Positions 35,215-47,519 of a stretch of 64,000 bases of DNA are shown here, one piece after another. The DNA comes from Hemiscyllium ocellatum (Eukaryota), in the NCBI RefSeq assembly GCF_020745735.1, contig NC_083426.1:55845660-55909659 (forward strand). The letters run 5' to 3'. The first letter of the stretch is position 1. Each line of letters begins with the position of its first letter. The translations under genes and the position numbers were made by a program. Under the pieces are notes generated by a model. The model ran no database searches and was not told where the DNA came from. It saw only the letters and a list, made by a program, of their open reading frames with translations.

Positions 35215-36912
35215 ACAGAGTCATAGAGGTGTACAGCATGGAAACAGACCCTTTGGTCCAACCCATCCATGCCAACCAGATATCCCAACCAAATCTAGTC
35301 CCACCTGCCAGCACTTGGCCCATATCCCTCCAAACCCTTCCTATTCATATACCCATCCAAATGCCTCTTAAATGCTGCAAATGTAGCAGCCTCCACCACA
35401 TCCTCTGGCAGCTCATTCCATATACATACCACCCTCTGCACGAAAAACTTGCCCCTTAGGTCTCTTTTATATCTTTCCCCTCTCACCCTAAATCTATGCC
35501 CTCTAGTTCTGGACACCCTGATCCCAGGGAAAGGACTTTGTCTATTTATCCTAGCCATGCCCCTCATAATTTTGTGAACCTCTATAAGGTCACCCCTCAG
35601 CATCCGACACTCCAGGGAAAACAGCCCCAGCCTCTTCAGCGTTTCAGATCCTCCAACCCTGGCAACATAACATCCTTGTAAATCTTTCCTGAACCCTTTC
35701 AAGTTTCACAACATCTTTCCGATAGGAAGGAGACCAGAATTGCATGCAATATTCCAACAGTGGCCTGACCAATGCCCTGTACAGCCGCAACATGACCTCC
35801 CACCTCTTCTACTCAATAATCTGACTAATAAAGGAATGCATACCAAACGCCTTCTTCACTATCCTATCTACCTGTGACTTCCACCTTTAAGGAGCTCTGA
35901 ACCTGCACTCCAAGGTCTCTTCGTTCAGCAACACTTCCTAGGACCCTACCATGAAGCGTATAAGTCCTGCTAAGATTTATTTTCCCAAAATGCAGCACCT
36001 CACTTTTATCTGAATTAAACTCCATCTGCCACTTCTCAGCCTATTGGCCCATCTGGTCCAGATCCTGTTGTAATTGAGGTAACCCTCTTCGTGTCCAGTA
36101 CACCTTCAATTTTGGTGTCATTTGCAAACTTACTAACTGTACCTCTTATGTTCGCATCCAAATCATTGATGTAAATGACAAAAAGTAGAGGGCCCAGCAC
36201 CGATCCTTGTGGCACTCCACTGGTCACAGGCCTCCAGTGTGAAAAACAACCCTCCACCACCACCCTCTGTCTTTTATCTTTGATTCAGTTCTATATCCAT
36301 TTGGCTAGTTCTCCCGGTATTCCATGAGATCTAACCTTGCTCATCAGTCTCCATGGGGAACCTTGGCGAACGCCTTACTGAAATCCATATAGATCACATC
36401 TACTGCTCTGCCCTCATCAATCTTCTTTGTTACTTCATCAAAAGACTCGATCAAGTTTGTGAGACATGATTTCCCAAGCACAAAGCCATGTTGACTATCC
36501 CAAACCAGTCCTTGCCTTTCCAAATACATCTACATCCTGTCCCTCAGGATTCCCTCCAACAACTTGCTCACAACTGAGGTCAGGCTCACCGGTCTATAGT
36601 TCCCTGGCTTGTCTTTACTACCCTTCTCAAACAGTGGCACCACGTTTGCCAACCTCCAGTCTTCCGGCGCCTCACCTGTGACTATCGATGATAGAAACAT
36701 CTCAGCAAGAGGCCCAGCAATCACTTCTCTAGTTTCCCACAGAATCTCGGGTACATCTGATCAGGTCCTGGGGCTTTATCCACTTTTAACCGTTTCAAGA
36801 CATCCAGCACTTCCTCCTCTGTAATCTGGACATTTTGCAAGATGTCACCATCTATTTCCTGACAGTCTATATCTTCCATAGCCTTTTCCACAGTAAATAC
36901 TGATGCAAAATA
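35215..36912 (-). mobile_element. CR1 LINE RT and 3' region, decayed
   Basis: Minus ORFs 35295-35702, 36036-36263 ([11 protein letters not shown]), 36344-36529, 36530-36724. Confidence 0.9.
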
Positions 36913-37247
36913 AATATGTTGAGAGCTTTGTGAGAGATTTGGTATAACGCAACTGGCCATTTTGTCACATATTAAAAGCCTCGAATCCATTTTATTTTTC
37001 ATATAAGCGTCTGTTTGTACCTTCCCAGGCTAGTTAAGTGGTGGACCTTGTAGCTGTGCTCGCACATGGTAGTGAGCTCTTTCCCACTATAGGAACGTTC
37101 GTCTTTCACAAGAATCTACTGTAATAATAACAGCTGCATATCAGCTCCTAACTAACACTGTCCAGACAGCTACGTGACTGGGGCTAGTGACTGGGTCAAT
37201 TGCCCACTTATTCATTATGATTCAATTAACAGTTTGCTAATTGTTAA

Positions 37248-38036
37248 ATGATTGGAACCTATATAACCATGCAACTAGCCTGGACGGAATTTCACATTGG
37301 CCCCAAGGTCCCGTACTTCCCGCGGGAGCCTGTGCCCCACAACCTGAGCCATCTCCGAAATTTTAATTTTGTCCCCTTCAAGGACGTAAAAAGGCATGCC
37401 CTGTATCGACTGCTGCTGCACACCGTCCACCTCTTCTCCCTCATCCACCGTCCGGACATGCCTTGGCGTGCCCATTTGCCACCGGGCGGTGTGGATCCCC
37501 AGTGGAGGGCTCTCTACGTGGGAGTCCTCCCCCTTTCCATCGGCAATCTGGGGTGGTGGGTGCTGCACGCAGCAGTCCCCTGCAACCGCAGATTGCGGTG
37601 GTTCACGGACTCCCAGCCCAACTGCTTGTTCTGTGGTGCTGTGGAGTCTGTGGACCATGTGTATATTGGGTGTGGGAGTTTGCACTCCCTCTTTGATTTC
37701 CTCAAAAACCTTCTCCTCTGTTTTTGGTTGCACTTCAGTCCCACGCTCCTGATCTTTGGGCACCCGGTGCGGGGGAGGGAGGGCAGGTCTGAAGACCGCC
37801 TCGTGGGTCTGCTCCTGGGCCTGGCCAAACTGGCCATAAACAGGTCCAGGCAGCGGGCTGTGGAGGGGGTTGTTAGGGCCAACTGCCTGCCCCTCTTCCG
37901 TGGTTACGTTAGGGCCCGGGTGTCCTTGGAGAAGGAGCACGCGGTGTCCACCAACACCCTGGAGTTGTTCAGGGAGAGATGGGCGCCGCAGGGAGTGGAG
38001 TGCATCATTTCCCCCTCCAACTCTATTTTGATTTAA
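37248..38036 (+). CDS. Tx1-type ORF2 C-terminal fragment (CCHC zinc-binding region)
   Basis: GWWVLHAAVPCN...CLFCGAVESVDHVYIGC...LLLGLAKLAINRSR...FRERW. The first ~10 codons of the ORF come from flanking LTR sequence. Confidence 0.8.
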   Translation: MIGTYITMQLAWTEFHIGPKVPYFPREPVPHNLSHLRNFNFVPFKDVKRHALYRLLLHTVHLFSLIHRPDMPWRAHLPPGGVDPQWRALYVGVLPLSIGNLGWWVLHAAVPCNRRLRWFTDSQPNCLFCGAVESVDHVYIGCGSLHSLFDFLKNLLLCFWLHFSPTLLIFGHPVRGREGRSEDRLVGLLLGLAKLAINRSRQRAVEGVVRANCLPLFRGYVRARVSLEKEHAVSTNTLELFRERWAPQGVECIISPSNSILI

Positions 38037-38662
38037 TCCCTGCCCTCCCCTTCACTGTTTGATCACACAGCATTGCCCTTTGATGTGAAGGGCACTGCTT
38101 GTCACAGGCCACTCGGGTGTTTCCTATCTTCCTGTTGGTGGAAATTGAATAAAGATTTGTGCACTTTGTGTCTCTCACTGCGTCTCACACCGACACACAC
38201 ACACACACACCATGGCTACTCGGGGAAAAATAAGCACTACCACAGTTAGGCGGTAGTGTGGGGTTAAAAAAAAAGGGCCCTGCTTGTCACAGGCCACTCG
38301 GGTGTTTCCTTTCTTCCTGGTGGTGGAAACTGAATAAAGATTCGTGCACATGGTTAAAAAAAAATTAAAATGCTGGCCTAAGTTAGGGCCTGGGTAAAAA
38401 AAAACCAAGAAATTCACACAGCATTGCCCTTTGATGTGAAGGGCACTGCTTGTCACTGGCCACCCGGGTATTTTCCTATCTTCCTGGTGTCGGAAATTGA
38501 ATAAAAGATTTGTGCACTTTGTGTATCTCACTGTATCTCTCACACACACACACACACACACACCATGGGTGCTGGGGGAAAAATAAGCACTACTGCAGCC
38601 AGGCGGTAGTGCAGGGGTTAATTAAAAAAAAGAAAAAGAAAATTTAAATAAAGGGAATAAAA
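37277..38662 (+). mobile_element. 5'-truncated Tx1-clade non-LTR retrotransposon with repeated 3' modules
   Basis: Tx1-like ORF2 C-terminus, repeated 3' UTR modules, A-rich tail; candidate TSD aaccatgcaact (37265-37276) / aaccacgccact (38663-38674). Confidence 0.75.
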
Positions 38663-38815
38663 AACCACGCCACTCTGTCACCAGTAGGTCGGCTTGTCTC
38701 TCCCCGTGAGCTCGCGGAATAAACAGTCAATAACTCAAGGCATGTGCGGTGTGAGTCATTCTCTTTAATTCGAGTGAGTCTCAGGCTGAATATTTTCATC
38801 CCATCCCCCACAGTT

Positions 38816-38833
38816 TGGCGGAGACAGCAGGAC
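38816..38833 (+). promoter_or_regulatory. Primer-binding site-like sequence
   Basis: TGGCGGAGACAGCAGGAC, 3 nt after the LTR end; complement resembles a tRNA 3' end (…CCUGCU…CGCCA, Ser-like, imperfect). Confidence 0.55.
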
Positions 38834-39244
38834 CTCTATTGTGCAAGGTTCCCAGAACATTCCCTTAATTTCCTTTTCCTTTTGATTTATTATTCAGCTT
38901 GTTTGAGTCGGCGCGATTTATTTGCGACTAGTCGATAGGAGTTTTGCGGGTAGTCGGTGGATTTATTTGTGAGTCGTCAACGGGTTCATTTTGCGATTCC
39001 TGGCCGGGTATGCTATTGCGATAAAACGGGACAAGCTGTGTTCACTGGGGGCGACTGTTTCTCTCTATTCTGCCACTGGCGGAAATCAGTCCAATGGGCC
39101 GTGTAGAGGCCAGTGTTTTAGTTCTGATGTTTCTGTGTCTGTGTTAAAAGGTTAAAACGCTGGGAAACGCTACCTAAACAAATGTTGCTTTCTAAGACTC
39201 CTGTAAACATTCTCCCTTGTCAGTTTCTGGCTGCTCGGTAAAAC

Positions 39245-39490
39245 AAGGACTGCAGATGCTGGAAACCAGGTTCGCGATTAGAGTGGTGCTGGAAAAGCAC
39301 AGCAGTTCAGGCAGCATCCGGGGAACAGGAAAATCGACGTTTTGGGCAAAAACCCTTCATCAGGAATAGGCCAGTATTCCTGAATAGGCTAGTATTCCTG
39401 ATGAAGGGCTTTTGACAGAAACGTCGATTTTCCTGCTCCTCGGTGCTGCCTGACCTGCTGTGCTTTTCCAGCCCCTCTCTGATCTAGTTT
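39245..39490. mobile_element. Family-1 Penelope-derived inverted element with two decayed hammerhead motifs, inside the ERV leader
   Basis: Minus motif at ~39333-39367 and plus motif attc-ctgatga-a-gggc-tttt-gaca-gaaa-cgtc-gatt at 39394-39429; inverted flanking arms. Confidence 0.8.
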
Positions 39491-42400
39491 CTGGCTCCTC
39501 CTTCTTTGAGCCAAAAGTCGAGAGTTGGAAACTGTCTGAACATTAAAACTTATTAAACTAACAGCGTTTGCCTAGTGCTGTTGGCTGGGATCCTGAGATC
39601 TGGTGTCTGTCTCTGCTTCTCTGTGGTATGCCTTTTTTTTGCTTTGCTGTCTGTCTTGTCTGTTTGCTTTGACTGACAAGTTTAAGATGGAATCGCAACC
39701 TTCTAAAATCGATGGTGACAAGCTTCCACTGGGGATGAGGTTTCCTCGTCCTGCTGTGAAGGACGGTCTGCAGCATCTGAAACTTCCAAAAAGGGATCTG
39801 CAGTGTCACGGTAAATACATGACGGGCAAAGGTGCGGTCAGAGAACTCCTGGGGCCCCGGGAGTAACCAGCCAACTTCACTTACAGGGAGACAGTTGATA
39901 GGCGTTAAATTATTCCCTTTGCCCCTGATTTATAGGGATGGTCCCATGGAAACTGGCCTCATGCAGGATCATTTAAGATTGACTATTGGGTGGTTAACAT
40001 TCAGGGAGGGTGTGAAGACTCTGCCTGGGATCATAATTATAAAGCTTTAAGATTGGTAAAGGACACCAGCCTCCCAGAACAAGAGATCCTCACCGCTCCC
40101 CTGGGTGTTCTCCTTCTCCTCCACCCTCGGCTACCTCTGCCTTACTCTCCTCAGTACCCCAAAATTCCTGTTTCGTCTTCCGAATCGGAGCCTCTTATGG
40201 CGGAGGTTGGTGCCTTTGTTCCCACTGGCAATGGGGAGCAGGGGGGTGATGTGCCCAGTGCTGCTCCAGTAACATGTTGTGACTCCCGCCCCCAGGGGAG
40301 TGGTCCTGCGATGTCCCAGGCACCGTCTGGTGTTTCATGGCCACAGCCACCTGTTTCCACACACTCTGACCATCGCTCCCGTCCTCTATTAAACCAGCAG
40401 CAATCACGCCTTGAATCAGAAGGAGGCGGCTCCTCAGATTTTGAGAGTTGCCTTGCCCCGCAGTTGCCGAGAATAATGATAGGGCACACTCCACTTGATA
40501 AACGATGGACACACACGGAAGTCCGTGGAATGTTACAAGACACCCCTGACCCAATAAAGTGACCTGTACCCTTTTTTATTGTCTTTTACAAATTTGTGAC
40601 ATTTATGACTGCCTTCCCCAGAAGGTGCAGACTTTATTGCAATTGGCTCACGCTTCCCACTGGGGTTCAGTTCGAGGCTCTATTGGTTTTCCATCACAAC
40701 ACGGGGAGATGCTTGAGGAGTGCTCTTTTTGGTCTGGTACATGTGTTACAGATGCCATTGAGTGTTGCCAGGCAACAGAGTGAATTTAGTGAAGTTACAC
40801 GCTGCCTGCAGAGGTTCCCTGAGAATGTCCCTGATTCCCTTGCTCCATTGAGAGATACATGGGAAAGTTCAGCAAGAATTCTCATGGAGGATAATAAAAA
40901 AAACTAGCCGTTCAGATGCTTATCAACTGACTCCTGCCTCATCATGCCCTGGTTTATATGGCTCAGAACCTCACTTGGAAAAATGCCTCAACTCTTACTG
41001 CACTAAACACCGTGGATCGGCAGGTTCTGTTTTGCAAAAACGTTGATTAGGTCACTCAGCCATGATGAGATGCTGTTCCCTCTCATTCCCAGGGTCAGCA
41101 CTGCATTGACAAATGACTTCAGTATTGACAGATGACTTGTGGTCGGTATGGGCACTGGGAGCAGAACTGCCGGGTGGTCTCTGCATGGCGTGGTGCGCCC
41201 ACATGTACCGCTTTTAATTCGCAATGCCAACACCAGCCCTTTGAAGATTCTTCCCGACGCCCTAGTGCTTGGGGGAGTGCAATAGGTATCTCGGTATGCC
41301 TCGCCGTTCCCCATCTGAAAAGCCTATGATTGCAGTGGGAATGGGAGAGCGTTCTGTTCCAGTCTCGGTGGATTCAGGGCCACTCATCTTTCCTCAATAT
41401 CTCTAAATTGAGCAAGAAAATCAGGGACAGTCTCAGTGGATTTTTGCAGCAGCGTGCAACTTCACCCAAGTCCTTCTGTTGCCTGGCCGCACTCATAATG
41501 GCATTTACCCCTTAGTTCCAATTCAGTCCGCACTGTCGGTGCCTCTGGTATTACTTTGGTTGAACTCCTCTCTGATATTATCCCTATTACTGTTGGACCT
41601 GTTATGGTTCCAGATTCAGCCATTATTTTACCTTCCTGCCTGTGCACTTTGCTAGGTTGTGAGACTCCGTGTAAACTTAATGTCTCTCGTCATTGTTCCC
41701 CTGAAGGCTTTGCTTTAGAGATTCGCGAGTCACACTACGCTATGTTATGTGTGGCCTTGACTGAAACCTCACCATCGCCCCCTGTGGCATCGCCGGGTAT
41801 GGCTGGCACTGTGCCACTGAGCTGCTTCACTCATTTTCATCTTCCCTCATTGCGCAGGTAAAGTTCCTCTTTGTCCCCTCTGTGTTTCTTTTCTGCGCTG
41901 GATCCTTTTAATGGGTCGTCTCTTTAAGGATTTTCATTGTGCTGTGGCCCACCTCTCTGTCCCTGATCTGCCATACTCGACGCTTGCTGATCTTCACTTG
42001 AATACAGTTTCAGATATGACCCTGACGGCCCCCTGTTATGTTGGGCTGCAGGGTTTTGCAGCTGAGGTTTCTCTTTCCACCTCACTCTCCCAGGTTCCTC
42101 ACTCTGCGGTGTCTCCTTTTATTCCCGTTGTCCTGAAAAAACCTGTTCTGTTGATGATTTGGCTTCCATGCACAGCGTTCTCATTTGTTTCCATCTTCAT
42201 TTAAGCCCCTTGTTCCTGGTAATTCGCCTTCCCTACACATTGCAGGACTTGGTCAGAACTGTTTCTGCCTGCGTCTGCCTGCTTTTACAGCTAGTGCAAT
42301 CTATCCTCTGCTAAACCCCTTGGATGCTCTTTCCTTTGATCGTCCGCGGCTTTTAAATGATTTACCTCCCGCGCTGTGGGCCCTCCATCCTAACCATGTG

Positions 42401-42524
42401 GGGTTAGTCCTTTCTGCTCCTCCACACACTGTTAGTTTAAAACCTGGAGCTCAATTACCATCGGTCTGGCAGGATCTACTCACACCTACTGCTACTGCAG
42501 GCATTAGACCTGTGATTGCTTTCG

Positions 42525-43130
42525 TTTGGCTGCAAGTTGAAAAATGTCCATATTCCAGAGGAGGAAGTGCTGGATGTCTTGAAACGCATGAAGGCGGATA
42601 AATCCCGAGGACTTGATCAGACGTACCCTAGAAGTCTGTGGGAAGCTAGGGAAGTGATTGCTGGGCCTCTTGCTGAGATAGTTGTATCATCGATAGTTAC
42701 AGTTGAGGTGCTGGAAGACTGGAGGTTGGCTCACTGTGGTGCCACTGTTTAACAAAGGTAGGAAGGATAGCCAAGTAACAATAGACCAGTGAGCCTGACG
42801 TCGGTGGTGGGCAAGTTGTTGGATGGAATCCTGAGGGACAGGATGTATATGTATTTGGAAAGGCAAGGGCTGATTAAGGATAGTCACATGGCTTTGTGCG
42901 TGGGAATCATGGCTCACAAACTTGATTGAGTTTTTTGAAGAAGTAACAAAGAGGATTAATGAGGGCAGAGTGGCAGATGTGTTCTACAAATGCATGGATA
43001 GGAAAGGTTTAGAGGGATATAGGCCAAATGCAGGGAAATGGAATTAGTGTTGGTGGACATCGTGGTCAGCATGGACCAGTTTGGGCCAAAGGACCTTTCT
43101 CTGTGCTGCAGGATTCCATGACTCTGTTGT
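42525..43130 (+). mobile_element. CR1 fragment with internal deletion and 3' tail
   Basis: EEEVLDVLKRMKADKSRGLD...WRLA motifs; catgactct tail near 43120. Confidence 0.75.
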
Positions 43131-43847
43131 TGACCTATTAACATAAGATTTTCCACGTTAAGGAATCAATGTTGGGGATTTCTATGGTAACTCCTTTCCT
43201 TACTGTATCCCACAAAATCCCCACCACTGATGGGTCTGTCCTTCATGAAACATGACCCATCAGATATGAAATCAAATGATCAAGATATTTACTTCATTTT
43301 ATTGCTTTTGTTATGCAAAGTGCGAGTTGTGCTGAATTTGGGGAGTGATTTCCAACATAAGGTTGACTGGATTTTACCAAACTCCCCACATTACATGGCA
43401 TTCAAGCCCTCGCAGTGAGAATCACATTGGGTTTCCCTCACTTTTTTTCTGCACGACGTTCCCAGAAAAATTTATCACTCACTGAAGATCCTGGAATTAA
43501 CCAGTATCCTGGGAACCAGTGCCATCTTTGAAAGCCCACAGTGCACCTGGACAAGTACAATATGTGCAGAGCTACCCTGCATGGTGCCTGATATTGAGCC
43601 TGCTTGGGGCAGGCATGCTACCTTCCTCAAAATCTACGTTATAGGCATGGGCATGGAGATTTTCATGGGTGGGGAGGTGCACAAGCAGGACTTCCTTCTC
43701 TCCCCCACCCCCTCATCAGGATTGGAGGGAATGACACCAGAGAATGCCTATCTGCTCTGATGTTTTCCTCAGGTTAGAGCAGTCTCAGACCCCTGGAGGA
43801 ATGTACAACATTGTTGGGACATCACTGTCCTTCTCCACTCTAGGGGA

Positions 43848-43960
43848 AAGTGAGGACTGCAGCCCTTCCTGAAGAAGGGCTCATGCCCAAAACATCAATT
43901 CTCCTGCTCCTTGGTTGCTGCCTGACCTGCTGCACTTTTCCAGCAACACATTTTCAGCTT
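43848..43960 (+). mobile_element. Family-1 Penelope-derived short element with decayed hammerhead motif
   Basis: ttc-ctgaaga-a-gggc-tcat-gccc-aaaa-catc at ~43866-43897 plus the standard arm. Confidence 0.7.
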
Positions 43961-43989
43961 CCTTCTCCACTCTGCCACGGTAAGGCAAG

Positions 43990-46450
43990 ACCCAGTGAGA
44001 ATCTCACCATTCCTCCTGACAAGAATGAACAACAGACTGGAAGCTTATTATGTCCCAACTGGGAGAAGAAGAAAGCATATACCAGGCATAAACAGGATAG
44101 ATCGAGTGAATCCTCAGAGTATAAAGGCAGTAGGAGTATACTTAAGAACATTTTGCATCAGTGTTAACTGTGGAAAAGGATGTGGAAGGTATAGAATGTA
44201 GAGAAATAGATAGTGACATCTTGCAAAATTTCCATATTACAGCGGAAGTAGTCCTGGATGTCTTGAAATGCATAAGTGGATAAAAAGGACCTGATTCACT
44301 GTACCATGGAACTATATGGGAAGCTAGGGAAGTGATTGCTGGGCCTCTTGCTGAGACATCTGCATGTCCAGCAGTCGCTTAAATATCCCCAATGACACTT
44401 CTTCCACCACCACAGCTGGCACCACATTCCATGCATTCGCAACTCTCTGCGTTAAGAACCTACCTCTGGCGTCTTCTTTATACCTTCCTCCTAATATCTT
44501 CAAACTATGACTCCTCATAACAGTCATTCCTCCCCTGGGGAAAGGTCTCTGGCTATTGACTCTATCTCTTCCACTCATTATCTTGTACACCACGATCAGG
44601 TCTCCTCTCTTCCTCCTTCTCTCCAGAGAGAAAATCCGAGCTTTTTCAATCTGTTTTCATAAGGCAAGCCCTCCAATCCAGGCAGCATCCTGGTAAACCT
44701 TCTTTGCACCATCTCTAATGCCTCTGTATTTTTCCTATAGTAGGGCGACCAGAACTGGACACAACATTCGAAGTGTGGTCTCACCAGGGACTTGTAGAGC
44801 TGTAACAAAACCTCACGGCTCTTAACCCCGATCCCCCTGATAATGAAAGCCAAAACACCAAATGCTTTCTTATGCTTGTCACACAAGGTTCTGTCAAATG
44901 ACCATCCCTTCCTTGCCTCAGTGAAACAAACCTATCCAGCACTAACAGCAGGTGTTTCTTAAAAAAAACCTCCAGGTTTCTGTTGTGCAATTCCCTGAGA
45001 ACATCTGTTCCCAATTTAGGCACTCCAGTTCCTGCCTAATAGCATTGAAATTCACCCTCCCACAATTAAACACTTTCCCATACCATCTGCTCCTATCCCT
45101 CTGCACAACTACAGTAATGGTCATGGAGTAATGATCACTATCAACGAAAGTCTCTTGCACCAAGGGATCTGACACTTGGCCAGATTCATTGCCAAGCAGC
45201 AAATCAAATATGGCCTCCCCTCTAGTTGGCCCATCCACGTATTGAGTAAGGAATCCTTCCTGGACACACCTGACAAAACCTGCTCCATTCAAAATATTTG
45301 AACTAAGTACGTTCCAATCAATATTAAGGAAGTTAAAGTCACCCATGACAACAGCCGTTACTTCTGCACATTTCCAAAATCTGCCTCCCAATCTGCTGCT
45401 CTGTATTTCTGCTGCTATTGGGGGAGGGGGTGGGGTCTGTAGAAAACTGGAAAAAATCACTGCTACTTTCCTGTTTCTAACTTCTACCCATACTGACTAC
45501 ATAGACATACCGTCCTCGACAATCTCCCTCTCTGCAGTGGTGATGCTATCCTTGATTAGCAATGCCACTCCCTCACCTCTTTTACCTTCACCTCGATTCC
45601 TTTTGAAACGTCTAAACCCTGGAACATCTAAAAGCCATTCCTGCCCATGTAATATCTAACCTCCGCAATGACCATAATATCATAGTTCCAAGTACTGATC
45701 CATGCTCTTGAGTTTGTCTCTCTTATTTCTTATACTTCTTGCATTAAAATACACACATTTCAACCCATCACACTGGATGCACCTTTGATTTATCAAGTCC
45801 CTAGCCTTCCTCTGCATGTTCTAACTGGCTGTTGACAATCTACTCCATCATCTGAACCCTAGCTCAAGTGCCCACCATCCTGCCAATCTCATTTAAACCC
45901 TCCCGAAGAGCTCAAGTAATCCTCCCTCCTAGGATTGAACTGGTGCCCTTCCAGTTCAGGTGCAACTCGTCCTTCTTGTCCAAGTCCCACCTTCACAAGA
46001 AAGTAACGCAACAATCCAGATGTTGAAGCCCTCCCTCTTATACCAGCCCCGAGGCCACGTGTTCATCCCTACTCGCTCTCTATTTCCAGCCTCAGTAGAC
46101 CGTGCTGTTTGCAGCAATTCTGAGATTATTACTCTGCTCGTCCTGCCTTCCAGCTTTCAACCTAACTCACTACATTCCTTCTTTAAGTCCTCCTCCCTTT
46201 CCCGACCTATGTCATTAGTACCAATGTCTACCAAGACTTCTGGCTGGTCTCCCTTCCCCTTAAGAATCGTGTTGAATCAATCTGAGAAACCCTGACCTTG
46301 GAACTTGGGAGGAAACACACCATCCGGGAGTCTCACTCGCAATCACGCAATCTCCTTTCTGTCCCTCACATGATTGAATCCCCTATCACTATTGCTCTCC
46401 TATTCTCCCCACATCCTGCGTGAGCTCAGGGTCAGAAACCTGGCCACTGT
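43990..46450. mobile_element. Cluster of CR1 fragments: plus-strand piece (43990-44330) and minus-strand deleted copy (44350-46450)
   Basis: Minus ORFs 44596-44886 (RT C-terminus) and 44942-45460 (MGDFNF, IFDLLL); ORF1 esterase remnants at 45900-46450. Confidence 0.75.
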
Positions 46451-46714
46451 GGCTTTCCCCGAGAGATCCCGTCACATAACAGCATCCAAAATGGTATAGT
46501 TATTATTGAGGGGAACGACCACAATGTCAACAATTCCTCAACTTCATCAGAAATGCCACAATAGAGGAGGACAAAATAATGATTTCATAGATATAACAGC
46601 GCTGGATATATCTATAGACATTGACCAATACGACTGTATCATTGCCACATTATTGGACAAACTGGTTACTGGGACACCCGATGACACCAGTAACATCAAC
46701 TCCACTACTCCACT

Positions 46715-46860
46715 AGGTACCTGATGAAGGAGCAGTGCTCGGAAAGCTAATAGTTCCAACTAAATCTGTTAGAGTGTAACTTGGTGTCATGTGATTTTTA
46801 ACTTTGCCTACCCCAGTGCAAAACTGGCACCTCCAGATCATGTCTTCCACATAAGAACAG
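46715..46860 (+). mobile_element. Family-2 Penelope-derived element with hammerhead motif
   Basis: ctgatga-a-ggagc-agt-gctc-ggaaa-gcta at ~46720-46749 (palindromic AGCU), then the family-2 arm. Confidence 0.6.
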
Positions 46861-46864
46861 CATG

Positions 46865-47505
46865 CTAATAGAACATACAACATAGAACAGTACAGCACAG
46901 AACAGGCACTTCAGCCCACGATGTTGTGCCGACCACTGATCCTCATGTATGTACCCTCAAATTTCTGTGACCAGATGCATGTCCAGTAGTCTCTTAAATA
47001 TCCCCAATGACCTTGCTTCCACAACTGCTGCTGGCAACGCATTCCATGCTCTCACAACTCTCTATGTAAAGAACGCACCTCTGACATCCCCTCTGTACTT
47101 TCCTCCAACTAGCTTAAAACTATGACCCCTCGTGTTAGTCATTTCTGCCCTGAGAAATAGTCTCTGGCTATCGACTCTATCTATGCCTCTCATTATCTTC
47201 TATACCTCAATTAGGTCCCCTCTCCTCCTCCTTTTCTCCAATGAAAAAGTCCGAGCTCTGCCAACCTCTCTTTGTAAGATAAGCCCTCCAGTCCAGACAG
47301 CATCCTGGTAAACCTCCTCTGAACCCTCTCCAAAGCATCCACATCTTTCCTATAATAGGGCGACCAGAACTGGACACAGTATTCCAAGTGCGGTCTAATC
47401 AAAGTTTAATAGAGCTGCAACAAGATCTCACGATGCTTAAACTCAATCCCCCTGTTAATGAAACCCAAAACACCATATGCTTTCTGAACAACCCTGTCCA
47501 CTTGG
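46865..47505 (-). mobile_element. CR1 3' fragment
   Basis: ORF 47211-47402 (RPHLEYCVQFWSPYYRKD) and agaacat-type tail. Confidence 0.85.
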
Positions 47506-47519
47506 GTTACAATCCAGTT

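Larger units (their letters stand above)
36917..38812 (+). mobile_element. Retroviral 5' LTR, split by a Tx1 insertion
   Basis: Starts TGTT at 36917; TATATAA at 37260-37266; resumes at ~38663; AATAAA at ~38718; ends CA at 38812 just before a PBS-like sequence. Confidence 0.6.
38813..42525 (+). mobile_element. Decayed endogenous retrovirus internal region (gag, protease, start of RT), class I-like
   Basis: MESQPSK gag-like start at ~39688; Pro-rich then capsid-like segment 39990-40700; zinc-knuckle remnant CGRYGHWEQNC at ~41138; protease C-half (TVGASG...TLLGCETPCKLNV) at ~41530-41680; RT N-terminus (LWALHPNHVG...VSLKPGAQLPSV...GIRPVI) at ~42370-42520. Confidence 0.7.

Noticed and set aside
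37275-37940. 221-aa minus-strand ORF
   Set aside because: Antisense shadow of the GC-rich Tx1 ORF with no recognisable domain
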